A stretch of 64,000 nt of DNA from Raillietiella orientalis (Eukaryota), in assembly GCA_036172245.1 (NCBI GenBank), contig JAYWIR010000147.1, positions 1-64,000 on the forward strand. The letters are read 5' to 3'. The notes under the pieces are model-generated. The model did not search any database, had not been told where the DNA came from, and worked only from the letters and a program-made list of their open reading frames with translations. The translations under genes were made by a program, and so were the position numbers. This document shows, in pieces, positions 49,543-62,357 of this stretch; within the stretch, counting starts at the first letter, position 1; each line of letters opens with the position of its first letter.

Positions 49543-51512
49543 CAGCCGACCCCCCGCGATCGTCTCTATTTCCTGGGCGTCTCCCGCGGTGATAACGTGG
49601 ATCTCCTGCAGCAGGGCCAGGTCGAAGTCACGCAGGGTGCCGGCCGTATCTCGTCTGTTGCCGTCGTCGCGCAGCCCGTTTACGTTCCAACTGGCCACGC
49701 GGATCCTAGGGCGACAGGCGAGCCCAGGTTTTATTCCTGGGAAATTGGTTCTGCAGCGTCCGCCACCTGTTAGGGCGGGACGATAGGTGGAGGGGGAGGG
49801 TCAGGTGCTGGAGGCACCTGGTCCCCCTCTTCCATGGGTAACGGCGCGTCAGCCGGTTCACCCTTAGGTGGGGTCGTGCCTCCCTGTTCTCCCTGCTCCA
49901 TGAGCATGGCCTGCTCGACGGCTTCCGTACGTGGGAATTTCAACTCCTGGTTTCTCACGCTGGCGTCAGCTTCCGGCTTCTCGTCCTCGCTCGTGGAGGG
50001 GAGGCGCCTCCTCGGTTTTTGGGACTTCCGTCCCGTCTTCCGGGTGGGTGCCTTTGAGGAGTGGGATGCACTTCCGGCCCCCAGGTCGTACACACTTTCG
50101 GGGTCCTTCTTGGGCGGAGCAGCCCTGCGCACTGCATTGCGTGAGGGGTTCTCACGCACGCCCAGAGTGACCGCGAGCTCCTCCGCTGCCTTCCCGAAGG
50201 CGGCGTCCTCGCCGTCGGAGTGCGCGTCGCCCGGCTCACCCTCTGTTTACACAGTGGGTTCGTCGTCCCGAACCTCGGGCGCGGCGGAAACGGCGAGGGG
50301 AGGCTCGTCGCCCCGGGTGGCAACCTCAGGAACGCTTACGCGATTCAGTGCTACCGAGCACTCCTGGAGTTTTTTTGACAGCCGCGCGGCTTTATTCTTT
50401 TTGCTGGCCGTGTTCGTTTTCTCCGTTTTCTTTAGTGGTTCTTTCACCACTTGTTCCTCCTTCCTGGCCTTTATCAGTTGCCTTCCCTCTTCCACTCCCG
50501 CGTCTTCCGCGGTTTCATCCAATGACGCCTGGGTGAGAGGAAGAGGAGATGGCGGCTCGGGCCGGCCAGTTTCTCGCTTAGGTCTTTTGACCTTGTTGAT
50601 TTTTTTGGCCTGCGCCTTTTTGGCAGCAGGTGGCAACGGGGTAGGGCGTTTAGGGCACACACGACGCACGTGTCCCTTAACCCCGCACAAGTGGCACTCA
50701 ATGTTCGGGCAACGCTTGCGCAAGTGCCCTACTGCATTGCAGTAGTCACAATAGCGGGGTTTCCCCACGTACCAGAGGTCGACGGATTCTTTCGCGACTT
50801 CCAGTTTGTGAGGCAACCTAGCACTTTCATTGACAGTGACATGCGCTGCAGCCTGGCCTCCAAAATGGCTAGAAAGCCTTCGAAGATGGTGGGCTTTGGC
50901 CATAACGCGTGTACATCTCCGTATTTCATCAATTCGTAATTCACCGCCGAGCGCGTCATCCGATTTGTGATTCCGGTTAGATGGACCACTACGAAGCGGT
51001 CCATGATAACCGGTAGGATTTTCCGGCCATCCACATTCAGCGGGGTGTTCATCAGGCGCTGTGCTAAGGCTACATCTTTGCAGACGACCTCCACGCGCTG
51101 CCCCTCGCTGAGTACGGCGAGGCCGTCAAGATCCTCTTCTCTTACAGGAACGTCCTGTAGTGCCTTACTGAAGGCTTGGGCGGTGCGACCATCAAACAGG
51201 GGTCCTATTTTGAAAACCAGAGATGGTGTTATATCCTGATGCCCTGTAAGCCGCTTGCTCCGCCTAGGTTTCCGCGCTCGGCGCGGCCACCATGGTGCTC
51301 CACTTCCTCGGCGTTGGCGAAGATGATTCCGAAACGGATGCCCCTTATCCAGTAAGCCGTCGGGAAGGACTATCCTTTCTCACGCCTACCTTTATCGTGG
51401 TGTCCTCTGGCAGCGATGCCATCGGACACCAACGATGTGAAAAAACACACACTTTCCAAGAAGAAACCGCTTCCCGGTACTTGTTGACGGAGAAACCGAA
51501 AAACACGTCCTT
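49543..51512 (-). mobile_element. LINE family G, 5' part: disrupted ORF1 (51422 to 49731) and start of the endonuclease
   Basis: CDYCNAVGHLRKRC and CHLCGVKGHVRRVC; WNVNGL..LLQEIH. Confidence 0.88.
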
Positions 51513-52110
51513 CCGTAACGAAAGGGCGTATTTGCACGCCCATCGTTTTTCGAGGACCCCTGACATCCGTCGCTTGACAGAGTACAAAGCCGAGGCCGAG
51601 CGTCAAGCCTGGCAATCCAAGCCGCCCAGCGTGCTGGACGACCTACACCAGGAATACTCGGACCCGGCATGGATACGTCGCTTCGTGCGTTAATTTTACT
51701 TCTCCCTTCACGCCAGGGTACCTGCGGAGTGGGACGTGTCGCGGAGCTTTCTCCCAAATGGAGCCTTGGCCATAGGGAAGGGAGAGAAAGAAAGCTTCGA
51801 CGAGCCTTTTACGACCGGAGAAATCATCACCGCTATTAAAAAGCTTAAGAGGCGTAAGGCGCCAGGGTAGGACGGCCTGCCGGCGGAGTTCTTAAAGAGC
51901 TTCGCGTCAGATCTGACCCCCCTGGTGCTCCAATTGACACGGCTGATACGAAACGAAGGCGATGTTCCCGCCTCGTTTTGGTAAGCCAGAGTGAGGCTCC
52001 GTCCTAAGGGAGGAGACCTTAGGAAATTGAGCAACTAACGTTCGATCACGATTGTGAACACGGACGCCAAGTTGCTGGCTGGACTGTGGGCTGCGCGGCT
52101 GGGACAGATG
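51513..52110 (+). mobile_element. ORF2 linker and RT N-terminal fragment
   Basis: RNERAYL..AERQAWQS..KAPG..TIVNTDAK. Confidence 0.75.
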
Positions 52111-52142
52111 GAATTCCCGGTGCGCATCAAGCCCATTTTGTG

Positions 52143-53582
52143 TTAAAGCTCTAGCCAGGTGGAAGAGTGGAACAGGTTCGCCTCTCTTCTCCGCCTCGGA
52201 ACAGCATACGTCTTTTCCGGGCTGATGGACGCGTTTGCAACCCGTTCCAAGCGCTCAGCCCAAACCTTAGCTATCAACGTGGCATCCGCATTCACTATTG
52301 TGATGAAACGCCAGTTGTTCATGCCCCTCAGATATCCTTCCTTAGGGAGAAGCCGCACCTTTGCCGAACGAAACGAGGCGAGAACGTCACCTGTATCGCG
52401 TATCAGCAAGGTGAGTTGATGTACCAGGGGGGTAAGCTCAGCCGCGAAAGTCTGATAAAACTCCGCGGACAGGCCGTCCTCCCGTGGAGCCTTTCGTCTC
52501 TTGAGCTTTCCGATGGCCGAGATGATCTCGCCCATCGTAAAAGACTCGTCGAGGGACTTTTTCTCCTCTTCCCCGATCGCAGGAGCGCCTTCCGGAAGCA
52601 GGATTCGTGAGAAATCCCGCTCGGAAGGCGTTCTTGCGTACAGGGAGGAGTAAAAACGCCGCAGCAAACCGCGGATCTGAGCGGGTGCCGAATGCTCCTG
52701 GCCCTGATCGCCCAGCAAGCTGGCCGATCCTGACTGCCAGGCTTGCCTCTCGGCACCCGCTTTGTATTCCGCCAGCCTGCAAATGTCGGGGGTCCTGGCG
52801 TAACGACGAGCCTGCAGATAGGCTCGTTCGTTACGTACCCAGTCCCCAAATCCCGAAGGTAGGCGGTGCTGAGGGAACTGGTCGCAGAACTTCTGGACCG
52901 ACCGTTTGAAACGATCCCAATCCTGAAGTGTCTGCATCCTAAAGCTCCGTATAAACGTGCGGAGATGTTCCATCGCGTCCGGGAGCTTCAGCCAGTCCCT
53001 TGGCAAACGCCACGCTGACGAGAGGGGGCCCCTGTCGCGCGGATGGATTTCAATCACGATTGGTCGATGGTCGGACAACTCGCACGGCACCTTGCAGCGC
53101 CTGCCCACACGAGTGCACAGGTGCTTCTCAAGGAACACGTGATCGACGTTCTTCTCCATCCCTGGTACACTGGCCAACAAATTACAAGTGTGCACCGCCG
53201 CGCACACCTCGTTGACCAGGTCCCGCTCGTGATTCGGCCATCCGGTTTCAGACGAACGTTGAAATCGCCTGCAACCAGATGAGCATTCCGCACGCCTGCC
53301 TTGGTCAACCAGTCGCGATGGAAGGCAAGGACAAATTCTTTCCTGGCCCTCCTGTTCGTCAGGTCCGCTCCGCTCGGGGCGTACACGTTCATAACGATCA
53401 GGTCGATCGAGTCGGGCCAGCTGAGAGTCAGCTGGCCGACACGACCGTGATCGTTGCACCGCACGCCCCGAGCCGCGGCCTCGACGGCTGGCCGAAGCAG
53501 GTAGGCGACACCGCAACTTTTCGCTATCTGACTTCTGTACCATAGCCGCCCTCCGGAGATGCGTTCGATCTCCTGCGCTCGT
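52143..53582 (-). mobile_element. Family D-like ORF2 fragment (endonuclease to RT N-terminus)
   Basis: ORFs 53054..53464 and 52143..53543 closely match 42285-43720. Confidence 0.85.
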
Positions 53583-54940
53583 ACAGTGCAGAGGTGTTCA
53601 CGCGTCTATCAGCGTTAACGATCGGGCATCTTTGTGCCTGTGTTTTCGCTCGCACTTGTATATTCTAGTGCAATCTGCAAAGTAGCATAGTGCTACAAGT
53701 CCAGTACACAGGAGAGTGTGAAGGAGCAAGCCACTGGATGCACTTCAACTGTACTTGAAGTGGCCGCATCTTCCGTAATGGTTTCCTCACCCCCGATAAG
53801 GAGTTACGCCGCCGTTACCTCCCAAAGACCAGAACCCTGCGATGCGGAGTTCCAGGCATATGTGTCATCTGGAAACATGCCTGCACTCCGTTATAAGATC
53901 AGTGGGCCCCTTAACGGGAGGATCAAGCGTGAGCTCAATGATGAGCTCGTCCGGATTGGCGTTCGCGAGGAGGAACTCCTTGCCATAATGCCTGCTGGCA
54001 GGATGGAATATACGAAGATTCGGTGCAAGAACGCAGCATTCGTGCAGCGCCTTCTCCGTACGCCGTTGACCATCAATTGCAAGGTAGTCCTTCCTACCGC
54101 GATGGAAGACTCTTTTCTCGTTCAATTGTGCGACATCGAACCGGAAATCTCCGACCGCGATGTCGTAAGCGTGCTGCCGATGTTCGCCACCGTGCACGCC
54201 CTGTGGAGGAGGCCGAACCCTTCGAAAGATTTCTCCTTTCTCCACATCGGACAAGCCTCCGCGCGGATCACCGTCGCCAACAGGCGTGTTGTGCCTGAGC
54301 AGCTGCAGGTGAACGGCACGGTCGTTCACCTGTGTTTCATAGGTTAGACTCGCGCGTGAGTGCAGTGCGGCAATGATGAGCACCTAATCAAAGGGTGCCC
54401 ATCTCCGAGATGCCGCTATTGCAAAGATTCCGGGCACGAAATGAAAAAGTGCCCTGTACTTGCAAGAAAAGCAGCCGAAGCGGAAATTCGTCGGGTTCAA
54501 GAGACCACTGCACCAAAAGCCGCAGTGGCAAATAAAAAACGTCGTCCGCAGAAACTCGGAAAAAGCCACGAGCGATCCGCGGATAAAAAGAAAGCATCCC
54601 CGCCCGCAATGCCTAGAAAGGGGAAAGTCACGGCGGGGAAGCCAATTAAAAAGGGGCGCGTGGGTTTGCCGCGTGCCGTGCCCTCCCTCGCTGCCAAACT
54701 TGCAGGCACCTTTCCGAGCCAGGAACCAGCAAATCTCCGTAACACCCTGGAGGGAAAGGTAGGCAAACAGGATGATCGCAACAGTGCGAAGACTTCTTGC
54801 TTCGTTCCGTTGTCCCTTCGGAGTTCCGGACAGCCCCACTGCAGCGCAGGCCCCTCTGCAAAGGCTACGAAATCCGTAAAAAGCAGCGTTGCGACAAGGA
54901 AAACACACTGCGTGCAGGCGCCTCATCGCCCACTCGGCAG
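53583..54940 (+). mobile_element. LINE family C, 5' part with disrupted ORF1
   Basis: ORFs 53718..54347 and 54360..54959; knuckle CRYCKDSGHEMKKC. Confidence 0.82.
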
Positions 54941-55252
54941 TTTTCCCCAAGTCCTATGAGGGGAGGTGTAAATTTATTTTTCTAAAATTTTTCTATAAAA
55001 ACATTCACACTACAATCTCATCCATACCATTTGCACATTTTTTTTTTTACCACTATGAAGTCCTTGGGTTCTCACAAGTTCTGCACTAAGGATGGGTTTT
55101 TAGATGTTTGCTCCCGGGAGTCGTTCTCTATCCTCTTCAGGATGAATCGATACCTCCAGGCTTGGATTTTTCCGCAATTCCTAATCCCGATTTCCCTCTT
55201 CAGGAGCCCTTGTAGAATCTCCATCTGTGTTGCGACTCTCCTGGATATTCTC

Positions 55253-58200
55253 TTACTTCTCCACCGCACAAGTATGGCGGTGATGAAGAGAGCGATGGTC
55301 ATCGTCACCATGGGATTGTAACGGAACATTACCATCCCCCTGAAACATCCCGGCGAAGATCTCCATTACGGACCTGGTGGTGAGTCCCATGATCCTTTTC
55401 AGGATCAGCCAGTCATGAAGCAATGTGGGACACGTCAAGACGTGAAGTCTCGTGTCGATGTCTCCACATGCTGTGCAGTCTCGATCTTCCCTTATTGCGG
55501 TGTAGTGCTGCAATCGGGACCCACTCTGGATTCCTGCATGATAAAATATCAGGATGTCATCCTGGGTGCCCGGTGGAAGGTCACTCCTACAGAGCGTCGT
55601 GCCAATCGCTAACAGGTTGATCCGGTCCCTCCCGTAGCGAATGGCGGCTTCCTGCAGGGCACTAATATCACTGTGTTCTTCTTGAATTATTCTTCGGAGG
55701 TTTGTTTTGTTAACCATGGACCACGCAAAGTCGTTGTGGTTGAACCACACTTCGCGAGTCATGTGGGTAAACCTTCCTAACACCATCTCTATATACCTAA
55801 GTATACGAGTGTGATGTAGGTACATTCCTCGTTCCCACTCCTGGATTCGTTCAAGGGTAGCTCTGGACCGCTGCTGGATCCAGCTTCTCGTGTCCGGCGG
55901 GACAGGAAGCATCCAAGGGATCACCAGGATGGACTCGTCCTGCCAGAGTTCGCTACTTCTCGGCACGATCTCGATTTTTTGCTTTCGCACCTGCCGTTGC
56001 TTCCTCGTCCAGGTTGGGTCGATTTTTTTCCATTCGCCTGCTCGGCCTAGCAGCGCAGTCATCAGGCCTTTCTAGTTGTTTAACAAGAACGCGTAGGCTC
56101 TGTGTGCAGCATACGGCCAGTCAACCCAGTGAGTGGCAATGTCCAGGATGTGTCGCGTATCCATGATTTCTATGGAGTGTGCAAGCGAATTCATCGCGGA
56201 ACTGTCTTCTTTCCTGGGACGACACAGGGGTTTTAGGCGGACTCTTGGGCGATAGTGGCCCCACAGTGTTTTCCTCTGCAGCTTGTCGAACTCCCTCGTG
56301 GTGTCCTTGTTCATCCTCGCGAAGGCCGCCCCGAAGAGCACTTTTGGAAGGAGTACTCCGTTTTATATGTTGGCCTTGCGCTTCATTCCAAGGTCAGTTC
56401 GGGTGTACTTGGCAGCTTCCTTGGCCGTTTTCCCTAGGATCTCGGTCCACAATAGCTTCGACACGGAGACGTCTCCAATGTAGACACCCAGGTACTTAGC
56501 CTTGTCCACCGTTCGGAATCCTCTCCCCGCTAGAGCGGAAAGATCGAGGATTCCAACGGGCAAGAGTTGGCTTTTCTGAGCGTTGATCTTTTGACCCAGG
56601 CATTGATCCATCAGGTCTACCACATCCAGAAACGCTTGTTGATTTCTCTCTACCTTGATAAAGGAGAGTAGATCATCAGCGTATGCCAGATGGGTAGACG
56701 CTAGCCATCGATTTTTATGCCTTGGAGTCGTCCGCTTTTCTCGATAAAGGACGACAACGCCTCCATGTAGATGAAGAACAGCATCGGACTAAGCGAATCG
56801 GAATGTCGGACTCCCCGTTCCATCCGGATTGCTGCCGTCTCCTGGCCGTTGATTTTGATTCGGCAGCACTGGTTCTGGAGTACCACCCTCACGAAGTTGC
56901 TGAAGTGTTCCGGAAGGCCTAGCTTCTCCAAAACCTTCAGCAGCATCCCATGGCCGATGGAGTCGAAAGCCTTCTCCATGTCAGTGAACACAAGCGCCAC
57001 GTTCTCGCCGACGTATCGGCTGAGTCCGACGGTGGCCTTGGCACACTTGACATTGTCCGACATGTGACGTCCAGGGACTGCACACGTTTGGACATGAGAG
57101 ATGAGCTTCGTCATGACCTTGCCTAAGCGGTTGGACAAGATCTTCGCCAACCACTTGGCATCCGAGTTCAGGATCGAGATTGGCATCCATTGAGCGACCT
57201 GCGTGAGGTCGTTTCCCTTTAACAACAATCTCATCCGACTCTCGTAGAACGACTGTGGAAGTCTTGTTTCTTCGCGGATGCAGAGGGTCAAGTGGTGGAG
57301 CAAACACAGGTAGGCATGCAGGTACCGCTGATAGTGAGTGATGGGTACGCTGAAAGGGCCCGCTGCCGCGTCCTTGCGTAGTTGACCAAACGCAGTCTTC
57401 ACCTCGTCTTCGGAGAATTCCGCCTCCAGTCTGTTCAGCTGGAGATCGTCGGTCCTCTTCTCGGGGTAGCTCAGAAAGGCCTGTTGGTTAGAGCGACAGA
57501 GATGTTGTCGCGTAAAGTGTTCCGTGTAATGCCTGTGAAAGGCATCCACGATGTCCTCAGACGACTGTCGCTTTTGACCGTCGTACTGGATGCAGAAGAT
57601 ATCTGTTGCCAGATTTCTATTCTCCAGCACGCCGACTTCCCCTTTGATGTTCTTGAAGACGTACCGACCCTCGTACTGAACAAAGTACTTTGAGAGTGAG
57701 CGATCTTGGAGGTTCAGCTCCCGGTACGCCTCCTGCCTCAAGCGCCTATCTCCGAACTGCATGTTTGCAAACAGGTGTATCCTGTGTTTCAGGCTGTCCC
57801 AGTCGGCGACTCTTCGGATTGTTGTTTCCTTCAGAATTGTCTCCAGGACAGCCAGATGTCCGGGATGGGTGTCGAACTAGGCGGCCTTGCTGATGAGCGC
57901 CGCCCTGGTTCCTTGCCTCCGTCGAAGGATTCTCCGTTCTTAGGGAAGACCGCACCAGGGGGTGATCAGACACCGTGGTAATAATGTCTCGAAAACCCTG
58001 GATGCGATTCCCAAGTTCGGTGCTGTGCAGGACGTGGTCGATCGGCTTGTGACTTGCAGTTTGCCACACCAGTCCGAACTCTTCGGATAACCGCCGATAC
58101 GCCGTCCTTCCTCTGGCGTCTTCGTAGTGAGAGATCTCATCCAATATGTTGAGATAGCCAGCAACAATCACGACTTCCTTGAAAGCAACCTTTTCACGGA

Positions 58201-58603
58201 GTGCTGCATGCAGCGCCTCCGCACAACGATGTTTTAGCCTGTGCGGCCCGTACACGTTCAACAGGATGAGGTGAACAGTAGCGGACCAGGCCAGTCGCAC
58301 GCCGATGATTCGTCCGGGCTGGGGACAGAACACTTCCAGAATAGTGGGGGCTAAGTGGTTCTTGATTAGGACCGCCACACCCTGCGTGTTCCGTTCTCCC
58401 TCGCTGACAAGCATCTGCCCGTTTAATCGCCGTTCCATTTGGTGACGAATCTCGAGACCCATCTTGTGGGTCTCCTGCAGGCACACTATGTGTTGTTGTG
58501 CGATGGTCCGCACAATCCTTTTTTTTTTTCCCTGCTCGACCACACCGTTCACATTCCAGGAGGCGATGGTTAGCCTCCTGGTTGTCGATAGGGAAGAGGC
58601 CAT
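55253..58603 (-). pseudogene. Family H ORF2 (APE endonuclease, RT, zf), disrupted
   Basis: SWNVNG, CLQETH, NVYGP, IDH, SDH, WMPISILNSDAK, DMEKAFD, AYADD and CTACGDIDTRLHVLTC motifs. Confidence 0.88.
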
Positions 58604-58619
58604 AAAAGGGGAAGTCGTA

Positions 58620-60377
58620 TTTCTTGGCCCTCCTGAGCTTCTTCTGTCTGAGAGAACGTGCTCTTCCAGACAATGAAGAAGCAGCGGGCTTCTCGCTGCC
58701 GGCGTCACTCTCTGCTCCGGTGAGGTTGGTTACTTCCGCCTCCTCCGTAGAGTGTTCCGCTCGCGCGATCAATTTTCGAGATAGCGCCTCTATCTCGACC
58801 TTGGCGCAGAAGTTCGCCTTTACGTCGAGAAGCTGTTCCTCTAGCTTTTCGCGCTCGGTGACCTCCACAACCTTTTTGACCTTCTCCTGTGCATTGCAGA
58901 TCTTCTGCAAGATTTTCTCCTGCTGGGGACCGCTCTGCACCTCTAGGACTTCATTAGCCAGTGATGCCAGCTCCTCCGTAGATTGCAGAGCCTTCTGCGA
59001 CACAAGAGTGGCTTCGGCTATTTCTTTTTCCGCGCCTTTCTTCGCTACCTCCATCTTCTCGCCTTCTTGCTCTTCACCTTCCAGGATAAGAGGGGTTTCT
59101 TGCTCCTTGACGAGCGTCCTCCTCTTTCCTTTCTTCCCTACCTGTATGAAGCCGTCTTCCGATACCGGGACGGCTTCTTTCACCTTCTTCGGCCTTGCTG
59201 CCTTTTGAGGATGTTCCGCCTCCTTAGTGTTTCTCTCTCTCACGGGACAGAGACAACGAATCCTTCTGCAGTTCGCAAACTCCGGACAGCTCCATTTGAC
59301 ATGTCCGTGTTTCTTGCAGAAGAAGCACACCTCCGGCTGCGGGCAGTTTCGGACTTGATGTCCTACTTTGCCGCAGCGGAAACAACGACACGTTGGGCAA
59401 GCGCCGGCCCTGTGGCCGAACTGCTTGCACCCGGTTTAGAATATCGGCTGTTGCCGGTAACGCACGTTCACTCCCTGGGATTGTTCGTCAAGAACGGCTA
59501 ATCCAGGGATCACAGCTCCCTCTTTCAACTTCATTTTGGCGATCATGTCGCCAGAAAATATATTTCCAGAGAAGTTCTGGAATTCAAGGTCCAGAACTTC
59601 CCCATACTGCTCCAAAAATTTCCACACCGTTAGTTGCGGTGTGAGGATGGAGATGCCGTTCAGAAAGACGGTTGTGTATGGCATCTCGCCAACACCACAA
59701 ACCATCCTCCCTTGTATATTGATCCCCTTCTGGATCAATCGCTCTCTAATATTTTCACAGTCTGTGAAGACTGTGAACCCATTATTTGCCGGTAAGATCG
59801 CCTGTATGCGATCAAAATTGATATCCGTTTTATCGAGGCACAGATACACCTCCCTGATATCATTAAATTTCATCAGCCCAGTCTTGAAAATGATAAGCTT
59901 TACATTCGGCCTTAATTTTACGATTGGCCGATCCACCTTTTCGCCTTTGCCGCATAGCGGCTTCCCGAATTTTCTTGGTGGGTGGACGCTCTCTTGTCCA
60001 GCCGCCACCGACTTATAGGAAAAGGGCTGCGACGCCGCAGCGGAACAAGATGGCGTCTCGCCCTTAGCCGCATGGACGCCCGCGGGTCCTGCCTGGTACG
60101 CCGCCGCCGCAAACGAAACCCTCGACGTCGCCACCATTGCCCCCGCGGGCGGCACCCTCGGCATCGCCGACGCAGGCGCGACCTTCCCCGCCGCGGGCAC
60201 GACCTCCGCCGTCATCGCCGCGGGCACGACCCTTGGCATCGCCGCTGCCAGCGTAGCAAAGCCCGCCGCGGGCGCGATCCTCGGCATGCCAGCCACCGCC
60301 TCGCCGTTGCCGCACGTTACCTCCATGGCTTCCATGAAGGACGACGGTCTCTCCGCTCTTCCTCTAGGTGCCTGCAT
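58620..60377 (-). pseudogene. Family H ORF1 (RRM-like region and three CCHC knuckles), frameshift near 59435
   Basis: TVFLNGISILTPQLTVWKFLEQYGEV; CKQFGHRAGAC, CFRCGKVGHQVRNC and CFFCKKHGHVKWSC. Confidence 0.75.
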
Positions 60378-60599
60378 CCTGGCAGCTGATCTTGCTGCAC
60401 GGGACGACTGCAGGTCTTCCGCCGTGATCTCCTTGGCGTTTCTTTTGTAGTTTCGTCTGGAAACTGTCCATCTCTGGGCACACACGAGCACAATCAACTG
60501 ATTAGGTCGTCGTGCGCACAACACTTCCAGCCGAGAAGCAAGTTCACCGAATCGGCAGGACAGGAGCAATCTCCCGACTGTCAAGTAGGTGACTCCGTT

Positions 60600-61221
60600 G
60601 TTGTTTTTTAAAGGCGTAGCGAAAGCTGCGCCCCTAGAGAACGCAGCGAAAATCCCGGAGGTTTCCGCAACTGCTGTCGCGGAAGCCACCGAAAATCGCG
60701 AAGGCGAATGGAAGGTTGTGGAGAGGAGGAAAGAAAAATCTTCCAAAAAAGCTTCGCAACATCCATTTGTGATCTCTTCCAAAGGAAAAAGCAGTCGCGC
60801 GAAAACGAAAACACGCGCGCCTTGTTACTCTTCCCAGGAAAAAGCCAGCGCCTTCATCGCGTGCAAGTCCGCTTCTCTGACCGCCGAGAAGTCCTTTACG
60901 GTGCAATCGGACGGACGCAAGCGCACGTCGATCGTGCGAGCATCAGACTCTGCAAAGGAGTCCGATAGCGTAGCTCAACGACGCGTTACTCGCGCGGGAG
61001 CGAGCGCCCGCAGAGCTGAAGCCCTGAGGCGTGACACACTTGCCGCGGAAGGGCGAGTGCTCATCCCGGAACTGCAGTAAGAAAACGTGTTTTTTCGGTG
61101 CTGTCGAAAACCTTTTTTTTATTTGCGAGTGTTTGCAGTATTTTGTGGAGCGGTTGTTCATGGGCAGCAATGCCCGAGGACACCGCCAACACGGCGGAGG
61201 GGGGCCAGCAAGCCTCGTCCT
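60600..61221 (+). mobile_element. ORF1 C-terminal fragment followed by another LINE 5' end (about 61065-61221, ORF1 start MPEDTA at 61170)
   Basis: EGEWKVVERRK resembles the EGWxxV motif of other ORF1s; AAACGTGTTTTTT 5' motif at about 61083. Confidence 0.55.
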
Positions 61222-62357
61222 CCCAACCAACTCAGAGTAGGTGCTGAAGCCCAGGGGACTGAAGCTATCTCCCTGCCTATGCGGCGCCGTACCGGCACAC
61301 CATACACCTTGTGACCGCTGAAAGAGACGGTAATCATCGAATTTCGCGAGCAAGAGCGCAGGTAGGAAATCAGGGAGGGTGGCAAGCCTATGCGACCCAG
61401 GAGCTCCAAGAAGAGTTCCTGGTTCTACACAGTCGAACGCCTTGTAGAGATCGACTGCGAGCGCTAAGGTCTCCTTTCCCGCCCGGGGGTCCCTTCCCAG
61501 CCCGGCTGGCGGCACCAATGTGGGTTTGCCGACTATCCCTATCCCTTTCTTCTTTCTTCTTTGCAGGTGCACCCATGTGCTTGCGAGGAAGAGGTTGGCA
61601 TCCATTCTTCGCCCGGCAACAGCATAAGTCTGCTCCGTGCTAATTACGGATTCTGCCACCTGCCCCAGACGCGAAGCGCATAGCCCTGCTATCTGCTTGG
61701 CGTCCGTATTCACCATCGTGATCGGACGCCAGTGCTTTAAATCCTTGAGATTTCCCCCTTTCGGAAAGAGCCTCACTCTGGCTGACCGAAACGTGGCGGG
61801 AACAACGCCTTCGTCACGGATCACCCTGATCAACTTAAGCAGCAGGGGTGCCAGCTCTTCCGCCTAGCTCTGAAAAAACTCCGCGGGCAAGCCGTCTTCC
61901 CCTGGAGCTTTCCACCTCTTGATCCTTTTGATACCGTCGAGAGTTTCGCCGGTGGTAAAAGGCTCAACGAGGCTTTCGATCTCCTCCTCCCCTATTGCAG
62001 GGGCGCCATCCGGAATCAAGCGTCCAGAGTCGTTTCGATCCAAGAGCTCCCTGGCGTAAAGGGAGAAATAGAAACTCCGCATGAGATGCCGTACCGACGC
62101 CGGGAACCAACATTCCCGGCCCTGGTCGCCGAGCAAGCTGGCCGACCCGGATTGCCAGGCTTGGCGTTCGGCCCCGGCTCGGTACTCGGCCAGGCGACGG
62201 ACATTAGGGGTTCTCTCGTAATTACAAGCCTGTGAATAGGCCCGATGGTTGCAAGGACCCTCGCCGAATTTGGGGGGCAGGCGGTCCAGGGGGAAGTGCT
62301 TGCAGAACTCCCGGACTGATTCCTTAAAAAGGTCCCAGTCCTGGAGATTCCGGAGCG
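61222..62357 (-). mobile_element. ORF2 fragment (linker to RT core)
   Basis: LQDWD, KAPGEDG, WRPITMVNTDAK and DLYKAFD motifs. Confidence 0.85.

Larger units (their letters stand above)
54941..60590 (-). mobile_element. Near full-length divergent L1/Tx1-type LINE, family H (about 5.6 kb); 5' boundary approximate
   Basis: ORF1, ORF2 and 3' UTR with AATAAA are all colinear on the minus strand. Little nucleotide similarity to families A-G is visible. Confidence 0.85.

Noticed and set aside
49834..50745. Long opposite-strand ORFs (also 39033..39875, 46423..47073 and 58624..59208)
   Set aside because: These are antisense shadows of GC-rich ORF1 sequence with no independent motifs.
60545..60560. 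TCGGCAG as a TSD for family H, matching 54934-54940
   Set aside because: The match is only 7 bp, and the flank does not continue the family C ORF1.
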